This document shows positions 23,901 to 34,819 of a stretch of 64,000 nt of DNA, piece after piece. Below the pieces are notes generated by a model. It saw nothing but the letters and a program-made list of their open reading frames with translations. It ran no database searches and was not told the DNA's origin. Numbering within the stretch: position 1 is the stretch's first letter; the number at the start of each line of letters is the position of its first letter. Made by a program: the position numbers and the translations under genes. Origin of the DNA: Okamejei kenojei (lineage: Eukaryota); assembly GCA_035221665.1 (NCBI GenBank), contig CM069163.1, positions 21,886,001 to 21,950,000 of the forward strand, given 5' to 3'.

Positions 23901-26900
23901 ATTTTGCTGGACCAACAGAAGTCAAGGCATCTGAGAGAAGTTCAATGGTATCGGAACAGTACCTCAGTACCGGGGAGTCTCACTTAGTTTCATACTGTTA
24001 ACTTCCACTACAAAATATGGTGAAAAAGAGCAATGATTCCCACCTGCACCAATTCTATTCCAAGCAAAATTTCCATCAAAACCACCGAGATAAGCTGAAA
24101 ATGAAACAGATGTGCATAGCAATTAGTACTCATTAATCAATCAATCAACATTAAAAAAACATTTTTTAAAGTAAATACTTTGCAACTTTTCAGTTTTTAA
24201 AAGATTTATAAAAGCAACATTATCTTAGTATAGTAAAAAATTAGGCGCCACAGCACATCAAAAAGAGTGCAATGACAAAATGGCAATTTTACATGTTTCC
24301 GTTTATTGAATGCTGTACATTCTAACTCAGCTTGTGCTGTGTGGTAGCATACACCCTTCACCAAACTGCACAATTTGCATATTGCTTAAATGCAAAGCCA
24401 AGATACAAACTAAAATTGAGTTTTGCTAACCATGCAAAGCTGAGACATGGAGCAGCACAATAAACCATATAACAATTACAGCACGGAAACAGGCCCTCTC
24501 GGCCCTTCCAGTCCGTGCCGATCATTTGTTTTCCCCTAGTCCCATCTACCTGCACTCAGACCATACCCCTCCATTCCCTTCCCGTCCATATACCTATCCA
24601 CTTTACTTTTAAATGTTAAAATCGATCCTGCCTCCACCACTTCTGCTGGAAGCTCATTCCACACAGCCACCACCCTCTGAGTAAAGAAGTTCCCCCTCAC
24701 GTTACCCCTAAACTTCCGTCCCTTAATTCACATGTCATGCCCTCTTGTTTGAATCTTCCCTACCCTTAATGGGAAAAGCTTATCCACGTCAACTCTGTCT
24801 ATCCCTTTCATCATTTTAAAGACCTCAATCAAGTCCCCCCTTAACCTTCTGCGCTCCAAAGAATAAAGACCTAACTTGTTCAACCTTTCTCTGTAACATA
24901 GTTGCTGGATCCCAGGCAACGTTCTAGTAAATCTCCTCTGTACTCTCTCTATTTTGTTGACATCCTTCCTATAATTAGGCGACCAAAATTGTACACCATA
25001 CTCCAGAATTGGTCTCACCAATTGATCCATTGTGGCTATGCAATGCCACAAAGGATCAAGTCAAAGCCTTGCAGTCTTCTTGTAGTGGACAATTAAATAG
25101 CAAACAGGACGATGCTCCAAGAACATTCACAGACTCTTTAATGATGGAGACAAAGTGAGTGTCAAAGACAATGCTGAAGCACTTGCAGCAACCTTCCGCT
25201 AGAGGGGTTGAGCGGATATCAAGGACTGCGGGCGGCAGAAAATCCCAGAGGGCCGCGGCCTTTGATCAGCCAAATGCAAGACCCGGCGGACGGTAGCATG
25301 CAAAGGTAAGCCGCTGAGCCTGCCTCTGCTCGTAGGACCTGGTGGACCGTGGCCTGGAAGGGGGAACCTGTCAAGCCGCCCCTGCTTGTCCCCCGTAGAC
25401 CAGTGACTGGGAGGAGGGAGCCGGTGACGACGAAGGATGCGACAGGCGAGGAGCAAGGCTAGTTGGAGAGGAGAGGGATCCGGGGTCTGGCCTACCTCAC
25501 CACTCAAAATCGGCTGCGGGAGGCACCCCCGGGGAGCAAAGGTAGACGGGCAAGGAGAAAACATCGGTTCGCTGGTCGATCCACAGATCCAAGGAAGGCA
25601 ATGGTGGAGACCCTGCAGTGCCTAAGGGCTTGCCTTGAAGGGCACCGTTCAACAATTGAGCACGGAATCTGCACTTTGAAAATGGTGCTAAATCATGGTA
25701 CCTCTTGCATGCAGGATCAGTAGACTATTTCTGTACAGTTTGCTAATCGGGGATGTGCTTAGGTATGGCAATACTCTACTAGACTATTTGTAAGTAAAGA
25801 ATTTCACTCTGCATTTGGCATATGTTACAATAACTGCATCACTGAACCATCTATTCTTTCTCCAGAGACCATCAACCTTGTCAGCTTTCAGGCAGTATTA
25901 AGGAAAAGGTAAGAGCATATGACACTGAAAAAGCTTTGGTGCAGAAACAGGCTAGGTATAGTAGTGAAGACCCGTGCTCCAGAACGAGCCACACTTCTAC
26001 CAAAGCTGTTCTAATGCACTTACAAAACTTGCATCTAATTAACGAGGTGGAAAACTGAGCCAATAGTTTTTTGACAAAAGCAGCACCAATCCATTACAGC
26101 TCTAAGAGTCTGCTGTCAATAAGCTAGTTCGGTATTCCTTTTGTTAAATATTTTTATTAGGCGTAAGTACATATTAATAGAGTATACTTCTCACATACAT
26201 TCATAATTTTATTAATATTAACAATTATGACATATATTTCTATACTTTTTTTTGCAGGTAAGAAAAGATAGAGAAAAATAAAGTAAGAGTAGGAATGAAT
26301 GGAGTATTAAAAAAGTTATCCATCATTGGAGATATATCCATGATTTGTTATACGTGATTCTTCATCTATTCCATTATTCAGGCTTCAGTCAGGCTCTCGT
26401 ACTGAGCCATTTTGACCCTTTAGATATTCAATAAATGGAGACCATATTCCTCTGAAAAGATCCAACTTGTCCAATAAGACAAGCCTTAATCTTTCCAGAT
26501 GAAGTGTCTCCGACATTCCTTTAATCCACATTTTGATTGTGGGGGATGTAGGACCTTTCCAGAATTTCAATAATATTTTTTTCCCAATTATTAAACTATA
26601 ATCAATAAAAATTCTTTGATTCGTTGTTATTAATTGATCTGTTTCTAATATTCCCAGTATTATTAACTTTGAGTCAGGGATCAGATTCATATTAACAACA
26701 TTCGAAATTATCTTAAATATCTCTGTCCAAAATTTAGTAATTTTTACACAATTTGTAAATGAGTGCGTTAAGTTAGCTTCTAAGTGTTGACATTTAGTTC
26801 GGTATTCCAACTGCATGATCAGATCATAGGTCACTCGCCATAAACATTGTTGTTAGCGGATCTGCTGTGTTTTATCAGAACTTCGTTTTCATCCGTATTT

Positions 26901-29561
26901 TCCAGCTTTGATTCTTCTCGGTAAGAAAATACTGCTTTCAAAGTATGAATTAGGTGTATTTATTGTTCCATTGTAACAATGATGTTATTGATTTATGCTT
27001 TGGTGAGTGCTTTATGCTTCATGCTGCTCCATAAGGGTCAGGGTCCTTGGTCGAACCCGGGTCTCGGGCGCTGTTGAGTTGCTGCTAAGCTGGCCCGTCC
27101 GCTACCTGGTGTCCCGTCCCTGTCCGGTGGCGTCGGGTCAGGCTAGCAGCCGTCGCGGGGGGGGGGGGGGGGGAGAGGCTCTTGCTCCAGCGGGCCAGGG
27201 ACCGCCGGCTGCGCCTCTCTCATTGTGCAGTGGCTGTCGGTTTGGCCTTTATTAAGATCTGACAATGTGCACTTTACCCATATGTGATTTTTTAAGGTTA
27301 CAAATCTCAAATTGTGAAGTACAGAGGCAAATAAATAAATGATGGGTTTTTGTCCCAAACATTATGGAGAGCACTGTATGTCGACAGTGCCTGTCGATAA
27401 CAAGGCAGTATTCGACCAAATATGGAATAAAGAAGCCCAAATAAAATTGAAGTCAGTAAGAATCACCAACATCCTTTAGTTACCATTGTTAGGCTAAACA
27501 TTTGATAATTTAATGGTAACTTCAAAATTAAACTACTGGACTATAGATTCAGAGACACAAATTCAAATTTAAGCACAAATTAAATAAATCTAGAACTTTA
27601 CAAATAAAGTTAATCTTATTAAAGGTAGCCATGAAACTGTCAGATTGTCATTAAAAATGCATCTGGTTCACCTACATCCTCCAGGGAAACAAATTTGCTA
27701 CTTTTACCTAATCTGTCCTTTATATATCTCCAGACCATTGTGAATGACTCAACTGTCTCCTCAGCTTAGGGAAAATTAATGATGGGCAATAAATAATGAT
27801 TTCAACAACATCCATATCCCATAAAGATTTTTTTTCCCAGTCTGTTTTCACATATTTGAATACATTTAGTTTAGTTTGGATATATTTGAATACGTTTGAT
27901 TTAGTTTAGATATAAGGAAACAGGTCGTTCGGCCCACCGAGTCCGCACTGGGAGCAATATATCGATCACACGCCCACTAATTTTATCCTACACACTGGGA
28001 GCAATTACCGAAGCCGATTAATCTACAAACCTGTACATCTTTGGTGTGTGGGTGGAAACCAGAGCATCGGGAGAAAACCCACGTAGTCACAGAGAGAAGA
28101 TACAAACACTGTACAGACAGCACCCATAGTCCATGCCAACCTGTCCACAGTAATTCTATGTTATCCCACTTTCTCATCCACTCCTTTCATACTTGAGGCA
28201 ATTTTGCAGAGGTCAATTAACCTACAACCCCACAGGGATGTGGAGTAAACTGGAGTACTCGGAGAAAACCCACAATGTCACAGGGAGAACATGCAAATGC
28301 CACACAGACAGCGCCCGGGGTCAGGATCAAACCCAGGTCTCTGGCTCTGTGAGGCAGCAGCTCTCCCAGCCCAAGTTTTAGGGAAGTCAATAATCTTGTA
28401 CCAGCAAAGCATAGGAATACATAATATGAACAAAAAAAAAAAATAAGATGAACAGTATTATCTATTATCAGAAACTTTAAACATTTCTTTGCTATTCTTC
28501 AAACAGTGAGGTTTGATTTCTTTTGACTGTTGGTGGTAACAAAATGACTTTAATGCTACAATGATTTTAAAACTTTGCTTTAGAAGTTTCCTTACCTCCA
28601 AGAGCCAGAATCATGTGGCCAAGGGGTGGTCCACTGTCATCAATAAAAAACGTTTGTTTCATGTACAATGAAACAAATTGTCCATAATAAACTTCATCAA
28701 ACCTGGGAAGAAAATTTAGATACCATAATCAATAAACTGCTGAAGAACAGAAAAATACTGAGCCGATAGTATAATGATTTTTTTTTCATGACAAATCCAA
28801 CAAAAAGATTGAGCCTACTTTTTAATCACACATACCAGACAACCCACCATTGACTCCATCTACACTTCATGCTGCCTCGGGGAAGCAGCCAATATAGCGA
28901 CTTGTTCCGTCCCGGTCATTCCTTCTTCTTCCCATTCCCATTGGGCAGAAGATACAGAACAGTGAAAGTACGCACCATCAGACTCAGGAACTGCTTATTC
29001 CCCTCTGTTATCAGGCTTCTGAACATTCCTTCAATTAAGCTAGGGTACTGTCTGTTTCACCCATACCCCATTGCAGAATTTGGACCCTCCAGAACTGGTG
29101 CACTACAGTGCTGTACTCTCCACTCCTTATATTTCCTTTTGTTCTACTTATTGTACTTGAGTTTGACTTGATTATAATTATGTCGACAGTGCCTGTCCTT
29201 GAATTATGACTTTTTAAACCAAAAAGAAGCAACATAATTAAAAAAATATAATGTGAAATATAAATATATGTTTTACATATTAGTGGTTCTGTTTTAAAAA
29301 CAATATAAAACATCTACATCCTTACATTGCCCTTGGTAATGGAGTAAGAGACCACAAGCATCTGAGACCTTTGATAACTTGCGAAACACATAACTTGCAT
29401 GAAAAAAAAACACCTTTGGAACAAGCAATATCTACTTACACAATAGCCCGAGGATATTGCAGTCCCCACAGTCTGCTTCCAATTCCTAGGACAGTAAGGA
29501 TGGCTAAAACCACATCAATCTGCACTGTGATTACAATTGGCATTTTCAGCAAATCAACCAT
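2732..29561 (-). CDS. POMT1: Protein O-mannosyltransferase 1, complete spliced CDS (19 coding exons, 2178 nt, 725 aa)
   Basis: Exons assembled by hand with consistent phases: 29440-29561, 28596-28702, 24044-24094, 21557-21703, 19626-19737, 19463-19528, 16424-16517, 15045-15200, 11874-12004, 10832-10927, 10422-10514, 9376-9472, 7866-7958, 6341-6461, 5990-6087, 5087-5200, 3996-4122, 3074-3251, 2732-2906. PMT motifs ([45 protein letters not shown]) and MIR domains. Confidence 0.97.
3074..3251 (-). CDS. POMT1: POMT1 coding exon 18
   Basis: [59 protein letters not shown]; 178 nt. Confidence 0.95.
3996..4122 (-). CDS. POMT1: POMT1 coding exon 17
   Basis: [42 protein letters not shown]; 127 nt. 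Confidence 0.93.
5087..5200 (-). CDS. POMT1: POMT1 coding exon 16
   Basis: [38 protein letters not shown]; 114 nt. Confidence 0.94.
5628..5905 (+). mobile_element. tRNA-derived V-SINE (HE1-like)
   Basis: B-box GGTTCGATCC then core gtggagtttgtatgttttccctgtgacc; related copies elsewhere in window. Confidence 0.75.
5990..6087 (-). CDS. POMT1: POMT1 coding exon 15
   Basis: [32 protein letters not shown]; 98 nt. Confidence 0.94.
6341..6461 (-). CDS. POMT1: POMT1 coding exon 14
   Basis: [40 protein letters not shown]; 121 nt. Confidence 0.94.
7030..7212 (-). mobile_element. CR1 LINE 3' end fragment
   Basis: Reverse complement of the CR1 tail at 23300-23440; near-identical to 16645-16790. Confidence 0.75.
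7866..7958 (-). CDS. POMT1: POMT1 coding exon 13 (GC donor)
   Basis: [31 protein letters not shown]; donor AAG|gcaagt; 93 nt. Confidence 0.92.
9376..9472 (-). CDS. POMT1: POMT1 coding exon 12
   Basis: [32 protein letters not shown]; 97 nt. Confidence 0.95.
10422..10514 (-). CDS. POMT1: POMT1 coding exon 11
   Basis: [31 protein letters not shown]; 93 nt. Confidence 0.95.
10832..10927 (-). CDS. POMT1: POMT1 coding exon 10
   Basis: [32 protein letters not shown]; 96 nt. Confidence 0.95.
11874..12004 (-). CDS. POMT1: POMT1 coding exon 9
   Basis: [44 protein letters not shown]; 131 nt. Confidence 0.95.
12143..12740 (-). mobile_element. Penelope-like element 3' fragment with nested short insert
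   Basis: ORF 12430-12804 reads ...[12 protein letters not shown]...[28 protein letters not shown], typical of the GIY-YIG C-terminus; hammerhead-like tail. Confidence 0.75.
12869..14264. mobile_element. Non-autonomous hAT-type DNA transposon
   Basis: Perfect 14-bp TIR CAGGCACGTGCCGT (12869-12882; 14251-14264), 8-bp TSD CCTCACAT (12861-12868; 14265-14272), subterminal CAGGGTAGGCA repeats. Confidence 0.88.
15045..15200 (-). CDS. POMT1: POMT1 coding exon 8
   Basis: [52 protein letters not shown]; 156 nt. Confidence 0.95.
16424..16517 (-). CDS. POMT1: POMT1 coding exon 7
   Basis: [31 protein letters not shown]; 94 nt. Confidence 0.94.
16643..16927 (-). mobile_element. CR1 LINE 3' fragment
   Basis: Reverse complement matches CR1 3' end at 23130-23410. 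Confidence 0.78.
19463..19528 (-). CDS. POMT1: POMT1 coding exon 6
   Basis: [22 protein letters not shown]; cag/gtgagt; 66 nt. Confidence 0.93.
19626..19737 (-). CDS. POMT1: POMT1 coding exon 5
   Basis: [36 protein letters not shown]; 112 nt. Confidence 0.95.
19935..20225 (+). mobile_element. CR1 LINE RT fragment
   Basis: [19 protein letters not shown] motif. Confidence 0.78.
20459..21477 (+). mobile_element. Non-autonomous Helitron-like element
   Basis: 5' TC after A, 3' CTAG before T, no TSD; ends and internal TGACGTCACAATGC shared with 42871-43766. Confidence 0.7.
21557..21703 (-). CDS. POMT1: POMT1 coding exon 4
   Basis: [48 protein letters not shown]; 147 nt. Confidence 0.95.
22948..23440 (+). 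mobile_element. Young CR1 LINE 3' fragment
   Basis: ORF2 end (ERLDRLG..RRLRG) and tail ending in TTTCTATG repeats. Confidence 0.88.
24044..24094 (-). CDS. POMT1: POMT1 coding exon 3
   Basis: [16 protein letters not shown]; ag/gtggga; 51 nt. Confidence 0.93.
24463..25022 (-). mobile_element. CR1 LINE 3' fragment
   Basis: ORF 24728-25051: [15 protein letters not shown]...[15 protein letters not shown]. Confidence 0.9.
26138..26800 (-). mobile_element. L1/Tx1-type LINE 3' fragment
   Basis: ORF 26385-26834 with degenerate zinc knuckle ([13 protein letters not shown]) and L1-like C-terminus (IWSPFIEY); AATAAA and A-rich tail near 26140-26158. Confidence 0.72.
27255..27376 (+). mobile_element. 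Tc1/mariner terminal fragment
   Basis: Ends ...tgtcccaaacattatggagagcactg|ta, a CAGTG-type TIR abutting TA. Confidence 0.6.
27898..28365 (-). mobile_element. Two adjacent V-SINE (HE1-like) copies
   Basis: Reverse complement of SINE core and tail; core appears twice. Confidence 0.72.
28596..28702 (-). CDS. POMT1: POMT1 coding exon 2
   Basis: [35 protein letters not shown]; ag/gtaagg; 107 nt. Confidence 0.95.
28838..29170 (+). mobile_element. Rex1/Babar-like LINE 3' fragment
   Basis: [34 protein letters not shown]; similar fragment at about 17160-17295. Confidence 0.65.
29440..29561 (-). CDS. POMT1: POMT1 first coding exon (exon starts 29571 including 10 nt UTR)
   Basis: [41 protein letters not shown]; cag acceptor, gtaagt donor; 122 coding nt. 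Confidence 0.93.
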
Positions 29562-30557
29562 TTTCCCTGTTCTGCAAGAAATTACAGGCATTTACACAGA
29601 TGAGTAGAAAATATCTCTCAAAACCTCATCAATCATCCCAGAACCCACAGAAACTGAATGGAAGACACAAATATGTGCCAAATATTGCAATTGTATTATC
29701 TGAATTGGTTCAGGCAGAAGTGTTTCAATACCAACAACCACAGTAAATACTCCACTGAACACTCCATACTTCATAAATGAGTCTGTAGATGAGAAATTGC
29801 ACAACTGATGAACAACACGTACGTGTCAAATAAACAAAACTGCACAATTCACATTCAATGAACCTCATAGAATCCATAACATTAGCTCTTAGCATTCACC
29901 CTTGCTGGAGATATATAATGTGCAAGTTATCTATACAGTATCACTGCAGTTCAGTCAGGTTTTATCGTGCAGTTGGTATCAACAGATATTTGGATTGATC
30001 AATCTTTGTGGGGCAACGGTTTGAAAAATGTCAAATTGAACACAGATAGTGCAATCTACCCTAGCCCAGGCTTTATTATTTACCACTTCAAGGAGCCCCG
30101 TTGAATCCATGTGAAATGTCAAATCTTGCAAGATATAATTTACTAATAGGCGCCCTTCAGAACTGCATTAGTTTAAACAGACGGCAAATGTCTGTCCACC
30201 AAATTCTGAGTTTATTCTGAACATCTCTAAAAGTCATGAGATCCACTGAAAAGAACAAATCTTACAACATATAATTTTTTACTACATCAGGATCAAGTTA
30301 ATTAAAGTGAAATGAGAAACTATAAGCCTGTATTAGTTTAGTTGTGAGAAATATATAATGACTGAGTTCAAAGGTTGAAGTACTCAGATGCAAAGGCTGT
30401 TCTGCAGGTAAATGTGAACACTAGTGTTATCATCTCTCAAAGTGGGTTAGGGATAATTTTAAACTTGAATGAAAGAGGTGACATGTTTCCAAGTTCCAAT
30501 ATGTGGGTTCTTTTGTTCCTTGTTGCAAGGTGGGAGGTGGTGTGACCAAACATTGAC

Positions 30558-32072
30558 CAGGGTGCGGGCAGTAGGGGGGGGGGCAGGATGTGGGCAGTGG
30601 AGGATGGGGGGGGACAGGGTGCGGGCTGTGGAGGGTGGGGGGGGACAGGGTGCGGGCAGTGAGAGGAGGGGCAGGGTGCTGGCAGTGGGGGGGGCAGGGT
30701 GCGGGTAGTGGAGGGGGGGACAGGGTGCGGGTGTGGGGGGGGCAGGGTGCAGTGGAGGGGGGGACAGGGTGCGGGCTGTGGGGGGGGGACAGGGTGCGGG
30801 TAGTGGAGGGGGGCAGGGTGCAAGCAGTGGAGAGGGGAGCAGGGTGCGGGCTGTGGAGGGGGGACAGGGTGCGGGCTGTGGAGGGGGGGCAGGGTGCGGG
30901 CTGTGGAGGGGGGGCAGGGTGCGGGCTGTGGAGGGGGGGCAGGGTGCGGGCAGTGGGGGGGGGACAGGGTGCGGGCTGTGGGGGGGGGTGCAGGGTGCGG
31001 GCAGTGAGGGGGGTGCAGGGTGCGGGCTGTGGAGGGGGGGACAGGGTGCTGGCTGTGGGGGGGGCAGGTGCGGGCAGTGGAGGGGGGGCAGGGTGCGGGC
31101 AGTGGGGGGGGCAGGGTGCGGGCAGTGGGGGGGACAGGGTGCGGGCAGTGGGGGGGACAGGGTGCAGGCTGTGGGGGGGGCAGGATGCGGGGCTGTGGGG
31201 GGGGCAGGGTGCGGGCTGTGGGGGGGGCAGGGTGGGCTGTGGGGGGGGGGGCAGGGTGCGGGCTGTGGGGGGGGGGCAGGGTGCGGGCTGTGGGGGGGGG
31301 GGTGCAGGGTGCGGGCAGTGAGGGGGGGCAGGGTGCGGGCAGTGAGGGGGGGGGGGGGGGGCAGGGTGCGGGCAGTGGGGGGGGGGGGGCAGGGTGGGGC
31401 AGGGGGGGGGCAGGGTGGCGGGGCAGGGTGCGGGCAGGGGGGGGGGGGGGGGGCAGGGGGGGGTGCGGGCAGTGGGGCAGGGGGGGGGGGGCAGGGTGCG
31501 GGCAGTGCGGGCAGGGGGGGGGGGGGGTGGGGGGGGCAGGGTGGGGGGGGGGGGGCAGGGCGGGCAGTGAGGGGGGGGGGGGGGCAGGTGGGGGGGGGGG
31601 GGGGGCAGGGTGCGGGCTGAGGGGGGGGGCAGGGTGCGGGCTGTGAGGGGGGGGGGGCAGGGTGTGAGGGGGGGCAGGGGGGGGCTGTGAGGGGGGGGGA
31701 GGGGGCAGGGCTGTGAGGGGGGGGCAGGGTGCGGGCTGTGAGGGGGGGGGCAGGGGCGGGCTGTGAGGGGGGGCAGGGTGCGGGCTGTGAGGGGGGCAGG
31801 GTGCGGGCTGTGAGGGGGGGCAGGGTGCGGGCTGTGAGGGGGGGCAGGGTGCGGGCTGTGAGGGGGGGCAGGGTGCGGGCTGTGAGGGGGGGGCAGGGTG
31901 CGGGCTGTGAGGGGGGGCAGGGTGCGGGCTGTGAGGGGGGGGGGGCAGGTGCGGGCTGTGAGGGGGGGGCAGGTGCGGGCTGTGAGGGGGGGCAGGGTGC
32001 GGGCTGTGAGGGGGGGACAGGGTGCGGGCTGTGAGGGGGGGCAGGGTGCGGGCTGTGGGGGGCGGGCAGTGG
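30558..32072. repeat. G-rich minisatellite, unit about 23-26 bp CAGGGTGCGGGC(T/A)GTG(A)G(n)
   Basis: Dozens of tandem units visible directly; G-run length varies. Confidence 0.97.
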
Positions 32073-32079
32073 GGATAAG

Positions 32080-32720
32080 GTCCCGGCACTCCACGGTGGT
32101 GTTTAACCCGGTAATGCTCCGCTCGGGGTGGTCGGTTCCCGGAGCCGCGCTGTCACTCTGCACCCCGCTCACTTCACCTCACGCTGCTGCCTCGGGGTTC
32201 CCTTCGCCCGCGGGCCCGCGTTGTCGCCGCCGACGGCGCGGCCGTTGCCGACCTCCCGCCCGGCCAGAGCCGCGCATGCGCGTGGGCGCCCCGCCCCCGG
32301 GCGGCACCTGCGCGGTGACGTCATCCGCAGCGTGGTCGCCGGGCAACCGCAATGCGTCACGTGACATTCACATATCAGTCGCGGGCGCGTTGAGGCCAAA
32401 GCAGAGGTCAGAGGGTCACGCGCCATGATCTTTGGGCCAAACACAAGCTGGAGGGAAAAGGGGGGGAGGGGGAGGAGGGGGGTCAGGGTGTGAGCAGTGT
32501 GTGGTGGGGGCGGTGGAGAAAAAGTCCAGGCAGCCCAGACACAAAAGGCTGGAGTAACTCAGCGGGACAGCAGCAGCGGGAGGGGCCGGTTCGGTGTGTC
32601 ACCCACAGCCCGTGACAGTGCGGCCGCACAGAGGGATCCGGGCCGAGGCCGTGGCCGGACACTGAGCGCTGACACTGGGGTACTGCCCCGACGGATGCGC
32701 TCCTTCGCCCGCCTACACCT
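32080..32720 (-). promoter_or_regulatory. POMT1 CpG-island promoter with probable non-coding exon 1 (about 32173-32270)
   Basis: CpG-dense; NRF1-type GCGCATGCGC 32272-32281, GC box about 32289, CRE TGACGTCA 32316-32323, X-box GTCGCCGGGCAAC 32335-32347, E-box GTCACGTGAC 32356-32365; minus-strand GTGA donors at 32168-32182. Confidence 0.8.
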
Positions 32721-32816
32721 TGCCCAGGTTCAGAGCGCTCAGTCACCCTCCACAATTATTTACAGCAAAAAAAAACTGAGCATGCCAGCGGTTTTTACCA
32801 GGTAAGAAAGTACGCG

Positions 32817-33781
32817 TTCTTACCTGCTAAAAAGCGCCGAAATGATCAATTTGAACTGTAAATAGTTGTGGAAATCTGGGTAACAGTGAGAGACATTTAT
32901 CCTACTTCAGAATTCCAAACGTGAGGAGAAATGATGGTAGAGAGAAGTGACAGCTGAAGGGTCAGCGACAGCTAAAGTGGTTGGCGAATATTGGCCATGC
33001 AGATATCAAGATTGAAAATATTGGGAACTATCGCGTTTGCTCACTGCATTTCATCAACAGTAAGGCATTAGTTGTGTTTTTTCTTGATTCCTTTGGTATC
33101 TAAAAAGTTTCAGAAGTGATTAAATCTGGCTGTAAAATTTTAAAATCACCCATGGTTCTCAAGTTTTTACATGCAAAAAGAAAACGCTTCTGAAGCTAAA
33201 TTTATCATTTAAAAAAAAAATCACAAGCCATAGGTGGTTTTTGAATTACAAGGAATGGCATAATTGTTAGCTGTTAATTGGACATAATCAACCAAAGCAA
33301 ATTGGCAATATCTTTGAAAGAGAATGGGTATTTAAGCAGTCAGGACATTTTATTATTTGCCAAAATATACATCTCAATAGCAAAATGATATAAAACTTAC
33401 TTTTCCACACACCACTCGTAAGTCTGGAGATTTTTTTAATGATAAATGTAGCTTCAGAAGCGTTTTCCTTTTGCATGTAAAAACCCACTTGAGAACCATG
33501 AGCGATTTAAAACATTTTCAGCCAGATTTATCACTTCTGAAACTTTTTAGATACCAAAGGAAAATGCATGGCTATTGATGAAATGCAGTGGGAAAACACG
33601 ATAATTACCAATATTTTCAATCTTGATATCTGCAGGGCCAATGTTCGCTGTTGTTGTCCTCTCTACCATAATTTCCCCTCACTTTTGGAATTCTGAAGGA
33701 TAAATCTCTCAGTTACCCCGATTTCCACAATTTTTTACAGCACAAAAATTGACCATTTCGGAGGTTTTTAACAGGTAAGAA
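32817..33781. mobile_element. Foldback/MITE-like element with long imperfect inverted arms
   Basis: 32817-33222 is the reverse complement of about 33429-33781; termini TTCTTACCTG / CAGGTAAGAA. Confidence 0.8.
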
Positions 33782-34819
33782 AGTACGCTCTTCATGTATT
33801 AAGTGTATGCCGTAGGCAGTCATGTCCTCCACATGGATTGAACTGCTCCGTGCGTCACACCCTTTGACCCAATGACCTAACGTGCAACCCCCCTATATTG
33901 GAGGAACAGCACCTTATATTCTGCATGGGCAGTTTCTAACCCATATTTATTGGAGGAGCAGCACCTCATATTTCCCATGGGCAGCTCACAACCCATATAT
34001 ATTGGAGGAACTGCACTTTATATTGCGCTTGGGCATGAAAGTAGACTTCTCGAACTATTGTCGGCACCCTGAGTGTGGCGACCTTTACATATCTTGTGTT
34101 TGCAAAACAAATAATCTCACTGTGACGTGTGATAATAAAGTATAATTCATTCATCTTCAAGTAGCCGTCCCTCCCCCACCCTTGCTCTCTGGCGAGTCTC
34201 ACTGCCCTCCCAATTCATTTTACTGTTCGTATACCTTTTTGTGACCTTACCCAACAATGAACCATTCCAGCAGGGTCTCGACCTGAAACATCACTTGTTC
34301 TCGCTCCAGCGCTGTTGCCTGTCCATTGTTTTGTGTCTATCTACATTTCCTTGAGTAGCATATTTGATTTGTCGTTTTCACACATTACCCTTCCATATCT
34401 CTGGTCTTCCTCTTCCCTGACGCTCAGTCTGTAGAAGGGACTCAACCTGATACATCACGCATTCCTTGTCTCCAGAAATGCTGACCGTCCGACTATGATT
34501 CAGAAGAAGTCAATCCTGCCCTTTGGCCCTGCCTTTGTGAGGTTTCCACATACTCTGCGAGCATGTGCATTTCCTCTGGGAGTTCAAGTTTTCTCCAACA
34601 TCCTTAAGATCTGTAGGTGGTAAATAAGCTGGCTATTAAATTGCTTATAATGTGGATTTGAGTAGAATCTGGGAAGTTAATTTAGGGAGAATAAAATGGG
34701 ACACATGTTGGATCAGTGTAAATTAGTGTTTAACAAGTGGTGTGAACTCACTGGACCAAATAAGCCAGTTCTGTGGTACTGTACCTGATAGTCACTGCCA
34801 TTTTAATCAAACACACAAA

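Noticed and set aside
25199-25723. GC-rich ORF cluster in a POMT1 intron (similar patch at 27035-27250)
   Set aside because: No recognisable protein or exon structure; likely repeat-derived, family not identifiable by eye
30430-32428. Long Pro-rich and Gly-rich ORFs (up to 580 aa)
   Set aside because: Artefacts of a stop-free G/C minisatellite; open in several frames on both strands
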